A stretch of 64,000 bases of DNA from Bigelowiella natans CCMP2755 (GCA_000320545.1 ADNK01000149.1:124001-188000), one strand, 5' to 3'; counted from the first letter of the stretch, positions 32,499-43,957 are shown. The notes: a model not told the origin generated them from the sequence alone. Numbers and translations: made by a program.

Positions 32499-33591
32499 TC
32501 TCTCTCTCCCCCCCCCCACCCTGTGTGTGTGTGTGTATGAAACAATCGGCTTGAAGGTGATCAAATATACACGTATCAAAGGCTGAGAAGGCCCAAAAGG
32601 CGGCGATGGAAGCGGAATCGGAGCTTACACAGGCCCAGAAGACCATTGATATGTGGAAAAGTAAGGCGCTCACCGCTGTTGAGAATAGTATGGAGGTGGA
32701 GAAAGGGCTGCGGACAAAGACAAAAATGCTCGAAAAAGACCTCGAGCAATCTCGGAAAGCCTGTGAAACTCTCGGGAGTACAGTACAACAGTTACGTTGA
32801 GCATACGAAACACTTCACTACACGGCAACACAATACGGCACCACGCTCATAACCTATACTTGAAATGAAATCCACAACGATAGCGCCAAGAACGAACGCG
32901 AGAAATATGAAGTCATCATGAACCCCTGGGATTTCCTTCCCAACATGGAAACCATTAACAATTTCTACCATTTCAACTGGACCATCATACTGACTCTTTC
33001 TTTCTAGATACAACGCTATGTCACATTGAAAACGCGCGCGCACACACACACACACGCACCTACAGATACAAGGAAGAGCTTTGGCACTACCAGGAACACG
33101 TCGCGAAGTGTGAAGCGCGAATCAACACATTATCGCACGCTGCGGAAAATGAAGATCTGGGAAGTCAGGTGCCATCTGCAGAACAAATGAGCAATAGAAT
33201 TCTCATCATTGTAGTCATTGTTAACACCGTGGCGCTTCTATATCTTCCTTTTTTTCCCTACCAACCAGACACTACGTGAGGGATCCTCATTCCTTGCATC
33301 ATCACAATCCCCGACCATTGATGGTGATGAAAATGCTGGGGGGGGGGAAGCAAACGAGGCAGGCAGCATCGGAGTCCTTCCAGACATCAGCAGCACCATG
33401 ATTTCATCGGCGCGTACAATAGATTCAAGCACTGGGGATGAGATTGCACACACAAGAGCAGAGATGTTCAAACGTGCTAATAGCGACACGGACAATAAAA
33501 ATGGGTTAGTGTTGGCCAATTGGCTCCGAACAAACCACATCAACACACATATCAAGACCAATACGAGTTCTTCTATATTAACACTTCACAC

Positions 33592-33625
<34 letters not shown>

Positions 33626-34741
33626 CTAAAATAGGCTGCTAGCTAGGGCTGCCAAATCAATCCTTGGCAAACTTGAGAGTTGTCAGGAGAGCGATATTGA
33701 GAATGGCGATGATGGCGGTGATGCCAACGAAGAGGGAGGAGATGTAAAATGGGACTTCCCAGCAGCACTGAAGTCCCAAATTACACGTGCGAGGCGCCAA
33801 AGCACGTATCTACCTTCACGGCAAAATACATACGATAATTTCCTCCCTTCACGTCAAAATACAGGTGGTGACCTATGAACTGAACCGGGAGGGGGGGGGA
33901 GGGAGGAAGGATTTGATCGTTATTCAGAAGGCAGAAATAATGAAACTAGAAGCACGTTGATGCTTTTTTGTGTTTTTCTCTCCTGCTTCTTTTTATAGCC
34001 GAAAGTGATGTCAGGGGCGAAGACTGGAACATCGTCGACGATTTCGCCAAATCCCGATTTCATGCTACTACTGCCGAGCAACTCAGGGAAAGTCCGCTGC
34101 ATTTCGCTGAGATGCCGGAGCAAAACCTGCCGACCGTCATCGGTCACAAGAGCGTTGACTCTTTGTCAGGGCCTTCTGTAACAAGCTATGGTTATCTGCG
34201 CATGTTAGCTCGGATCGTACTTGCAGCGCCGCATGTCTCCCTTGGGATCCTTCTCGCCATCAGTGCAACGTATGATGCATATCTGTAGATCTCAAGTTAT
34301 AAGCGGAGAAGATAGAGAAATCACAAAAGCAATCGATGCTTTCGCTACCGTTACGAATTTCTCGTAACAGCGCATGTTTGTCCTCTAGTCTTTCTTTTCC
34401 CCTATGTGCTGTATAAAAATATACCATGAGGAGCTATAGCGGGAAATCAGCATTATTCACGAGTATATTAACACAACACATAATGTCTCTTGATGAGAAC
34501 GATGATGATGACGATGATAATGCCACATGGAAAATCCAGGATGATCAGGAAATTGAGCGACGAATACCCATCGACGACCCCTTCAACATCATGGCTACTC
34601 ATCTCGCCCTTGATGCTTGGGCTTGCTGTTGGTGCTTTTATTTCCCTCAAATTGGCTGATACGGTACCTCCTTAATCACCTCTCTTGTAGCCATTGCAAC
34701 TGTTTGGTGTAATGTATGCACACACATATACACATATACAG

Positions 34742-34779
<38 letters not shown>

Positions 34780-34908
34780 CGGTTTGCTTTATTCAATGAA
34801 TAGATGGGGAGGAGGCTCACATTGCTTAGTGCTTCCGCATTGACGATTCTGGTCTAACAATACACTGAAAGCTCAGAGTGTAAAATATTATATCGAATTC
34901 TCAATATG

Positions 34909-34971
<63 letters not shown>

Positions 34972-36952
34972 CCTTTATAAATGAGTACGAATTGGTTTTA
35001 AATGTCCTTACTGTTTGAATAGTCCTATTTCTCAATCTCTCTCTCTCTCTCTCTCTCTCTCCCTCCCTCTGTGTTTATGGGTGTGTGTGTGTGTGTGGGT
35101 GTATTTGCGATTGCCATTGGCAGAGTGATTGCTGCGGATATAGCTTACTGATACGTAGCCCAAGCACGTCTTTCGTAGCCTTCGTGTGCTTCCGAAGTTT
35201 GTCTGCGGTAATACTTTAATTGTGTTCTTCTTAGTACGTTTGCATGTCTGTCGCGCCATCTTAGAGGCCTCTGATAACCCGTAGGTTGGAATCGGAATTA
35301 GCGTTGGAATCGGCCCGATCTACTATTATGAGTACCTCGCAAGACGCACACCATCTTGCCGCCCCATAAGGTTTCTATATAGAGTTATAGGAAGTTGCTC
35401 ATTGGCGAGATGTTGAATGGTAGCAATAATCTCGTGTTCGTTGTTTCTGGCATCGACTGAAGGTACCTCTCGACGTGGACGAGCACTGGCATGTGTTTGG
35501 GCTGCTGCGCTGCTTATTTCCTCGGAAACGGCCCGCACCATTTACTTTTTGTCTCGATAGCGCCAGCCGTAGTCCAATTCCTTGGAGGTAGATGTAGAAT
35601 GTATAGAAGACGAATAACACAAGCACACACGCACACACAAGCTCATGAGGATATTATACCATATGTTTCGGACATATTTGCGTGCTGCATGCCTGTGCAC
35701 GCGTGCAATGCTATTACTCAAATCCATAAATAAATGTAACCTCTATCAAACATAGCCATTGGGACTGTTAAGGAGAGTCCGTACTGGGTATTAAGAAAGC
35801 GAGGGGATGCCAGGGCAGCGTTGCTGGCGTTGAGAGAGACGATCTTACCTTCTGAGGTTGAAGAATAGTAACGTATCATCAAATGGGCACGTTGTTGTCT
35901 TTGTCGATGTCTAATGTGTTTGCTTGGTCTCTTTGGAGGCTGCCTGGTAGATTGTGGAGAATTACAGAGAATTGTAGCCTTTGTCATGGGCTACCCATTC
36001 TAATAATACATACTTGTTGCGGTTTGGAAATTGTTTTGGGATTATATGAGTATTAATGTAATTTCAAAATGAAGTATGTAGTAAGTTATATTTGAAGTCG
36101 TCATCATCATCATCATTATCACCATCATTATGATCATCAATATCATCAATATCATCAATATCAATCTTACACCAATGTTCTTCTTTCCCACCTCATAGAA
36201 CTCTCATGTCGACTACGAGGTCCTCCAGCAGCTGCTCCAGGAGGTACGGACACAGATCAAAACCGATGATCAGGAAACAACGATACTGACTTCTGGCACA
36301 AGTGTTCCCGATCTTTCATGGATGCTCCTGCATAGCTTTGGCTGGCAGTTTATAGGTTTCGAGGCGATGATCTTGTACCTCTTATTGGACCTCAGAATGC
36401 TAAATATTACGCTTGAGACAGGTGGTATCATCCCTATCCTCATCATCATCAACAACAACAACAACAATGAGCTCAGGAACGTTTCGAGAACTAATTTATG
36501 CCTAAGCCGGGGGGAAAACGGCAATGAAAATATTTAGACGATTGCATCCGCATGCGTGCAAATATAATATATATACTTATAACACGTTCCCTCATGCTTT
36601 TTACTTTCGCCCTCTCCAAATCAAACCTAATGGATAGGTCTACTGCTTCTGGTGGGCGTGTCTTGCTGTAGCATGTTCTTTGCACTGTTTTCGGCCCGTG
36701 TTCGAGATCATCGAGAAGGTCAGAGTGAAACTGGCAGCAGCTCATCATCTGGTTCCCATCTGCTCCTCCTTGATGGGGGCATGTTGGACATCGCATCCGC
36801 CGGTGGTTTGATCGTAGCGTTGCTGGGAGTTGCAGCGGCGAAGATCCTCCTTGTAGATCAGGAATTAGGCGAGCAGCTGAGGCTAGCTGCAAAAGTTTTG
36901 CTGATGGGGGGCTTCTTCCTGTTCTACTCTTTCTTTGGACTTGGTGTGTTTT

Positions 36953-36992
<40 letters not shown>

Positions 36993-37464
36993 TTGTGTGT
37001 TTTTCTTTTCACGAGCATGTATGTGAGGAGGAGGGCGGAGACGGAGGAAGAGGAGGGGCAATTGCACTGATCTTTTATATATTCGTACAGATTCTGTTGG
37101 CTGGTCAATCCCAGTTTCATTGATGGATGGAAATAGGGCGCGCCTTTTCCACATCCACACCAGTTTCTCTCGTATCGGCTCGGCTATTGTATGCTTAGCA
37201 TATGGCTGTGCTCAGGGATTACGAAGTACCCTATCGTTTGCGATAATCTATTCGCTACTAATTGCCACGATGCTCGTCATCTTGATGGCACGCCTGTACA
37301 CATTTCTTCGCACGCCGGATAGTGTCGAACCGTTCGGTATTGACAAGAATCCAGGGCAGAAGACGGTGTTAATACAAGAGGGCGAAGGGAAGAAAGAAGA
37401 TGAAAATAACGAAATAAAGGCTCGGAAGTACGGCTCGATGGACGATGTTGTTGCTCCTTCATAG
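30144..37464 (+). CDS. Large Ser/Lys-rich and coiled-coil protein fused to a divergent sugar-porter (MFS) domain, multi-exon
   Basis: Coiled-coil exons 31716-33170 splice in phase (via ~33270-33504, 33635-33864, 33999-34263) into TM exons with LADT|MGRRLTLL (motif A), FRSLSA|VGIGISVGIGPIYYYE and KESPYWVLRKRGDARAALLAL (PESPRW-like). Stop 37464. Start (ATG CTG|gt at 30144) is tentative. Confidence 0.7.
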
Positions 37465-38102
37465 AAACAAATATATGACTTGTAATATACTTCATGGGAG
37501 ATCTTAATCTTATTCTAGTCAACAACAATTGATGGAAACTAGCATCTATGTTAAGATTATTTTCATAAAATATCGAATGTATAATAGAGTAGTTTTATTC
37601 CACGCACTTGGATAGTAATTAAAGAGGCTGGTTTTAAAGAGAGTTGGCACATCTAGACATAGTATATTAGTTGAAGCGTCTCCTCAAGACGGAATAATAA
37701 TGGCCGCACTCGAGTGTCAGTAGCGTGTGAGTGTTACAGTGCAATGTCAATCATCAGCATTACAAGGACCAACTACATCTAGATGTCTAGCTAGCTAGAG
37801 TCAAGCGCCAAGCTAGCAATTGTGTACGCTATACATAACAGCAAGCTAGAAAGTTGAAATCGCATCGAAGCGAGCTAAAAGTGGCTTGCATGATCGGAGG
37901 CTAACAATCAATCAGTGGCAGCTATGCTAGCATACTAGCATGTGTGAGAAGGGTGTAATAAAATTATTATATTTTTTCCAGAGTCGTTAATTTTTTATTT
38001 CATGCATGCTAGCATGCGCTAGCTAGCTGGCATGTCTAGATGTGAAAGCTAGAAAGATATATCACTAGATCACAACAGAAACGAACGTGCACACATTCAG
38101 CG

Positions 38103-38263
38103 CTGTAGCTGCTGTTTGCAACAGCTAGCTAGCTAGACAGCTACATTGCGATGACCATTTCTAGATTTTGCATTAATCATCACACTTGTCTCATAGCTAA
38201 AGAGTGGGATGACTATCTAGCTATTGCAAAAATGTAATCATTTCATTACATCCTCGCTTGGAC
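38103..38263 (+). repeat. One full plus one partial tandem copy of the ~80-bp intergenic hairpin repeat
   Basis: CTGTAGCTGCTGTTTGCA..CAGCTACATTGCGATGACCAT...GTCTCATA followed by GGATGACTAT...CATTTCATTACATCC; aligns with 43596-43672. Confidence 0.75.
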
Positions 38264-38593
38264 ACGACGAGCGTGCACACATTTGTTTGCTTTCCGTCTT
38301 TGTTAGCTAGCACTACTGTGCATGTGCAGCATAGGCGACTGTTTGTAGCGTTTAAACCCACAGTGAGTGTGTAAGCGACGGGCTGCGCACACGCTAGCAC
38401 GTACCATACTAGCATAGCACACACCACATATCATTGTGATGATTCTTCATCGCACCAAGGTGCTCTCAGTCAATGGCGAATGGCGAACTATGCACAACAA
38501 GGATTGAAAGATTTTGTGCAGCAGATATTCATCACCACTTGCAGGGTGGTTAGTCGCCTTATTTCTCACTTCACCATCCACACTATTAGCAGA

Positions 38594-40831
38594 TTACGCC
38601 AAGTACTTGTACACCCCACGGGCAGAGGAGTCACGTTCGAGGTATTCTTGTTCGATGAGATGTTCGATACGTTTCTTGATCATTCCGGGTTGGGCAGAAA
38701 ATCGAGCCCGGAGCTGTGCGGTGACTTCGTTCACCAGCTCCATATGCTGCATTCTTTTCTTTGTCTTCATGGCGCGCACAATTGCCGCGTCCATCTGGCA
38801 CCGGCGTTGAATCGCAATACTCGGATCAACGGTAGGGTTCACAGAGTGGCGGATGACGTTGATGATTGGAACAGTAATCCTCCTCATCTTGCACTTGAAG
38901 TTAGAGTTTAACTGGAACTTGTGCTTTCTGTCAAGAGTCCTGCTATTCGGCCTCTTCAGAAGTACCCCCAGCTTCGGGTGAGCTAGAGAAAGGAGATGAT
39001 TTTGCAACGTTGTGTCGCTCTTCAAGCCAGTTGCATCTAAGATATCTTGAAAACTAGCGATCTTCTTCTTGTTGAAGACCAGCAAGAAAGCCATCTGGTA
39101 CGAAGATACAGAGAGGCGAACCTCGGTTTTAGTGTTAAATCTAACGAGGACTTCAGCCTCACCCATATCCATTCTCCATTGAATCTCCCTTTCCGCGTAC
39201 CTTCTATGATAGAAGTCTTTGAAGTTGTCCGTTGCCATCTTCAAAGCGTCTGGGGTCTTGCTCGAGGTGTAGTTGGTCGAGGGCCAAAATCCGTGTGTGC
39301 AAACGTTCACGTTGAATGTCAGTCCGCACTTCTCCTCCGTATTGAAGAAGTTCTTGAACAGCCCAGTCAGGTTCTTCGATACGCCAACATCCTTGAACAT
39401 TCCTTCAAGTTTATTTGTCCATTGGTATCCAGCTTCGCTCTTTAGTTTTGCAATCATCGCGCGCTCATTTGCTTCCGAAGAGCACTTGCGCTTCAACAAA
39501 CGCTCTTGCAACAATTGCTGATAGTCGTGATCAAATACATCCTTGTCTCGGATATAACCGTAGAGGAAAACCACGTGGTCTAACGTTTTTTCGACATTCT
39601 CAACTGTAACTTTGCTACCTTTTTTAAGGACATCGTGGGCGTAAAGCGCTAACAATTTAGACACGGAATCGTTCTCATTGATGAAAGACTCAAACGCAGT
39701 TTTCAATGCTTTTTGGAATACTTGGTGGTGCCCGAAGCAATCCCTCACGACTGTGTCATAGTGACGATGAAGGGTAATGAGATCCGTAACAAGAACATGC
39801 TTCTCATCACTCTGAGACTTCCCCTTAGCCTCGTTAGTTCGCTTTACTATTGCTTTCCCCTCTTTCTGCACCTGGGTGCGGAACATCTCTCCTATCGGAG
39901 GCAAGTCTTGAGGGTAGCGAGAGTAGAGATCATGCACCCTCTTCAAATCCTCATTCTGTTTCTCCTCGAGCAGATAATACAGACCCGTGGTCTTGTTGAG
40001 GAGAGCACTTTGGTGAACCTTTAAGAGTTCTGTGTAACACTTCTTCACCAGAGGTTCAAGTGTGCTCCTGTGCAGGTACGCCCTCACTCTATCTGTCTCC
40101 GCATCCAGAGCCTCCTCGCACTTAATAAGGTATGCGGAGGTCGAATCTTCACGTAACCATGTAGTTGCTTCTCTGCGGTAGAAATTGCCAGCATCCTTCA
40201 CGATATCTTGCTGAAGTTGCTGCTCATAATAGCGAAGCCTCACCGCTGTATTTTCGCCTATATTGTACCCAAGGTCCACAAACACGTTTACAGAGTCCTT
40301 GAGGAGCTTTCGATCTTGTTCTTTTTGATTTCTTTCATGGTTGATCGCATTCAAAATAGCGCCGCGCGCATATTGCGAGTATTTCTGGAAAACAATGTCA
40401 TCGAAAAGTTTGTAGCCTTGTTTCTTCAGACTAAGGGCGCCTTCTGTACTGGGAGTATAGAATCGATCTAGATACATGAAGAGCTTCGAAAGACCAAATA
40501 CAATTCTGCCATGATTCGCATAGCGTGTCTTCCATTGTTCGAGATATGCCCTCTCGTAACGGGTTCTTGACTTTTCTAGTGCAGGCTTTACATTTTCTCG
40601 AAGATAGTTTTTAATAGAATCAGAGTAGCGACGGTAAAGCTCCTCGGACCAATTATATGGGTCTCGCTGAATACACATTTTGAAGATATGGTCGTAAAGT
40701 TCGACAAATTCTTTCGCCCGGAAAAAGTTGTTCGACTCTGTCTCAATCATCTTGATGAAGGGTCTTATGCCATTGTCATTTATTTGCTTGAATCCCTTCT
40801 CAAGAGGAATATGCTCTGTGTCTTCAGACAT
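38594..40831 (-). CDS. Cullin (CUL1/CUL3-like E3 ligase scaffold), intronless, ~745 aa
   Basis: Single ORF with FMYLDRFY, FLYGYIRDKDVF, KLEGMFKD, VCTHGFWP and the C-terminal neddylation domain DAAIVRAMKTKK...IKKRIEHLIEQEYLERD...YKYLA. Likely start MSEDTEHIPLEKG at 40831. Confidence 0.95.
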   Translation of the reverse strand: MSEDTEHIPLEKGFKQINDNGIRPFIKMIETESNNFFRAKEFVELYDHIFKMCIQRDPYNWSEELYRRYSDSIKNYLRENVKPALEKSRTRYERAYLEQWKTRYANHGRIVFGLSKLFMYLDRFYTPSTEGALSLKKQGYKLFDDIVFQKYSQYARGAILNAINHERNQKEQDRKLLKDSVNVFVDLGYNIGENTAVRLRYYEQQLQQDIVKDAGNFYRREATTWLREDSTSAYLIKCEEALDAETDRVRAYLHRSTLEPLVKKCYTELLKVHQSALLNKTTGLYYLLEEKQNEDLKRVHDLYSRYPQDLPPIGEMFRTQVQKEGKAIVKRTNEAKGKSQSDEKHVLVTDLITLHRHYDTVVRDCFGHHQVFQKALKTAFESFINENDSVSKLLALYAHDVLKKGSKVTVENVEKTLDHVVFLYGYIRDKDVFDHDYQQLLQERLLKRKCSSEANERAMIAKLKSEAGYQWTNKLEGMFKDVGVSKNLTGLFKNFFNTEEKCGLTFNVNVCTHGFWPSTNYTSSKTPDALKMATDNFKDFYHRRYAEREIQWRMDMGEAEVLVRFNTKTEVRLSVSSYQMAFLLVFNKKKIASFQDILDATGLKSDTTLQNHLLSLAHPKLGVLLKRPNSRTLDRKHKFQLNSNFKCKMRRITVPIINVIRHSVNPTVDPSIAIQRRCQMDAAIVRAMKTKKRMQHMELVNEVTAQLRARFSAQPGMIKKRIEHLIEQEYLERDSSARGVYKYLA

Positions 40832-41259
40832 GGGTTTGTCTGTTAGGGGAGCCCTTGCGCAGCACCAATGATGATGGCCACTTGATTGTTGGAGGAGTCC
40901 TTTATTCAGTGTTAGAATGTTCCACCCAAAACTATCCAATTAGCTATTATTTGCAAATTTTAGCTATTCGTCGATGTCGTAAATTAAAAATAAGATTTTT
41001 TCTCGGCTTGCTCCCTTGCAGATATTGCCCAGATCCTCTGAGCAGGCCTTCAATTTTGCTTCAAAGCCGCATTTGAGAGAAAATTCCCACCGAAAAAATA
41101 AGTTTCACACATAAATGAAAGTATGTGTGTTGATTTGATCTAGCGTCAAGGAAAAGAGTGCAGATATCCCAATAAATCGCACCTTTGTCTTCAGCGTCAG
41201 CTCGAGCCGAACACCTGAGTGCGGGTAATTACCAGCATGATGGCCGTCGTCCAGGAACG

Positions 41260-43110
41260 ATGATTCGATTCGATAAGAAGCGCCGAAAATCATCGATTAT
41301 AATAGTTGGTATTGTCACAGGTTAGATTCTTGCTATTTATCCAGTGACTGTTGTTGCCTCATTATTTTATATCCATCAAGTTTGCGGGACAATGCTTGGG
41401 CTGGGCTTTTTCCGTCCGGCAGCCTCGTACATACCTTACGTATTACGCATTCCAAGAAGTGTCCAGAGCAAGGTTGAGCGCAAGATTTCGTGATAAAATA
41501 TCTTAAAATTATCAACCTCTTCGAATGATCTTTATTGTATTCAGCGAACAAACATAGAGGAGAACAGGAAATCGTCCACACTGCCAGTTGTTGGACGAAG
41601 AGCTTTTACCCCCCCACCATCCTCAAACGCGTCATTTGAGCTAATGGCCGATGCCTATGACGACGAACACAAACGACGAATGTTACAGTTACGTGCCTTA
41701 ATATATTTTCAGATTATCCATAATCAAACTCTCTCTCTCCCTCGCAGAAGCTCGCCGATGGCCCTGGTATGCATGGTGATGGGGACGAATGCATCAGAGA
41801 TGCGAGAGGCTGCCTGTGCATACGCAGAGGTTAACTATGTGTGCATGGTACAATGTCAATTAATGTTTATACGTGCACAAATTGTATATGCATGCATGCA
41901 TCGTGCACACGTGCACGCACATTTGGATGCAGCCTTGAGACCACGCCTCTTGCAGCGGGCACATCGTCAATATCAGCAGTCATTGTAACTTTTTAAGGCT
42001 GTCGGAGGGTCAGTACAGGCGTTGGGACCATTGTACAAGCTCTTCGCGAAGAACTATCAACACGAATTTGGAGAAGGTAATAATCGTCATTGAATTATTA
42101 CGTCTGTGTAAGATTGAGCGCGCATGTCCTGCACGATTTCTATTGCGTCTGCGGTGCGTAATTTTGATGGTTTCATCCATATTATGTATATTTTAATGTC
42201 TTTTTTGGGAAGATTTATGGAAGCAAGGTGTCCTTGTGCTGTCCAACTTTGATCCTGCCGAGTTCGTAAGGTATTATTCGCTTTCACATTATCGAAACTT
42301 TCAATTTGCACGACGTGACCCTTACCTTCCATTCATGTTCTCAATAGTAAGTATGTTGTTTGTAAACCAATTGCCCACTTGTCAGAATGAAGCATAAAAG
42401 TCTGGAAGTCGAACGGAAATACTCTCAACCAATTCCACAAAGTCAACTTTCCTCAGCTAGCATTAAAGACGTGGAAAACTACGATGCTGCAAACGAGCAA
42501 GACAACGAAGCGAATCAACATAGTACCAACGTCACAGGCGCCCTTTCAACATCCTCCTCCGAGCAGTCTGTGACTACCACAGGGTCGAGAATGATGACAA
42601 AACATCGGCGGGTAAATATTGATCCAGGCATTCTCTCGCTCGGATCTCTACATCTCGTCTCCACCAAATATGCTCCTCACCGCCTGTGTATCGCTCCGGT
42701 GTGTTGAGTATGAGAGAATAATGAGAGGAAAATAATCGATGTTTTTCCCTTCTCTTTGCAGTTATCATTCTTGAGTGATGATCGTGTTCTTCCATGCTGT
42801 CAACGTCTCGATAATAAGGGCTTGTGGAGCGAAATAGAGCTCTACTACGAAGACGGTGCATACAAGCCCCTACCCTGGACATACCCTGATTTTAGGACGG
42901 TAATTCATAATCAGAATAATATACGTGCGTTTGATATTTGCGACGCACCCTCAATTGTAATCACTGAATTAAACGCCAGCTGTGTACGATGCCGCATTAT
43001 CACAGGATGAAATGCTAGAGTTTTTCAAGACAATTCGGCAGCATCATTTGAGGGGCAAGCGACCGCATTTAACATCAAGAAAGGATAGACGTAAGAACAG
43101 TGATATGTGA
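41260..43110 (+). CDS. DUF4416-family protein with an N-terminal hydrophobic plus basic/hydroxylated leader, multi-exon
   Basis: Spliced: MIRFDKKRRKSSIIIVGIVTVCGTMLGLGFF...SPMALVCMVMGTNASEMREAACAYAE|AVGGSVQALGPLYKLFAKNYQHEFGE|DLWKQ...FVRMKHKSLEVERKYS...RRVNIDPGILSLGSLHLVSTKYAPHRLCIAP|GLWSEIELYYEDGAYKPLPWTYPDFRT|DEMLEFFKTIR. Matches the recalled DUF4416 signature RxVNIDPG..TK..HR..G...E..L.Y..G....PWTYPD. TGA 43108-43110. Confidence 0.85.
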
Positions 43111-43358
43111 TTCATTGGATAATTGCGCTTTCACCGCAGTAAACCTGCTCCTCTCTAAGTGCTACTTAGAAAGTTGTTTAAAAGGGAGTAACCAATCGAG
43201 GTACGTTATCCACAAAGTAGTAAATATCATCAAGGTGTAGCCAGCAAGAATACATCGTATCCATCGCGCGCCACACATGCATAGCGATCAAGCTGCTACA
43301 TGCTAGTCTGTGACATCGGCTATGGCCTACAAAATACATAGATGATACAACATAAGCG

Positions 43359-43672
43359 CTGTAGCCGCTGCTTTGCATAGCTACACTAATATAACTAATA
43401 GAATTTAACTCACTCATCATCACGTCAGTCTCGTACATGTAGCCCCAGCTTTGCATAGCTACGGCAGGATACATCTATATGCGCATCGTACCAGCAGGCC
43501 ATTTCTCTGCTAGCAAAAACATGCAGCATATGCATAATTGTAAGTCAGTGACTATTGTCAGTCAAGCAGTCAAGTGCATTCCATATGCGCATAGTCTGTA
43601 GCCGCTGCTCTGCATAGCTACACTAGGATGACCATTGAAAAAATTTAAACATTTCATTACATCCGTCTCATA
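43359..43672 (+). repeat. Three copies (43359-43437, partial 43438-43470, 43596-43672) of the ~80-bp intergenic hairpin repeat
   Basis: CTGTAGCCGCTGCTYTGCATAGCTACACTA is shared almost exactly by copies 1 and 3; both end GTCTCRTACA. Confidence 0.85.
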
Positions 43673-43957
43673 CACGCATAGTCGTCCACACTCGGCATCG
43701 GGCACACCTAGACGCGCTAAAAGCACAAAGATGCTATTTCACCTTATTTAGCCACACATTGCCTATTGCGGGAGTGGTGTGCACGAAATAAGACGGTTTT
43801 ACAATTAATTTTTTGATTCACGACACACTATTCCCATCGTAAGGACAATCCCCACTGAAACGAAGAATGCACATCCTGATACATAAACTTCGCCGCTTGC
43901 TTCAGAGGCAAGCATAAGCGAGATAACAATATTCTCGTTAACCCAAACTAACTATCC

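Noticed and set aside
40832-40939. 36-aa upstream extension of the cullin ORF
   Set aside because: Starts at a non-ATG codon; cullin homology begins at MSEDTEHIPLE.
43359-43672. Repeat-spacer appearance suggesting CRISPR, or a two-hairpin H/ACA snoRNA or SECIS
   Set aside because: Eukaryotic context with no cas genes, irregular spacing and homologous 'spacers'; no ANANNA hinge and no clear SECIS GA quartet or Sec codon in the flanking genes.
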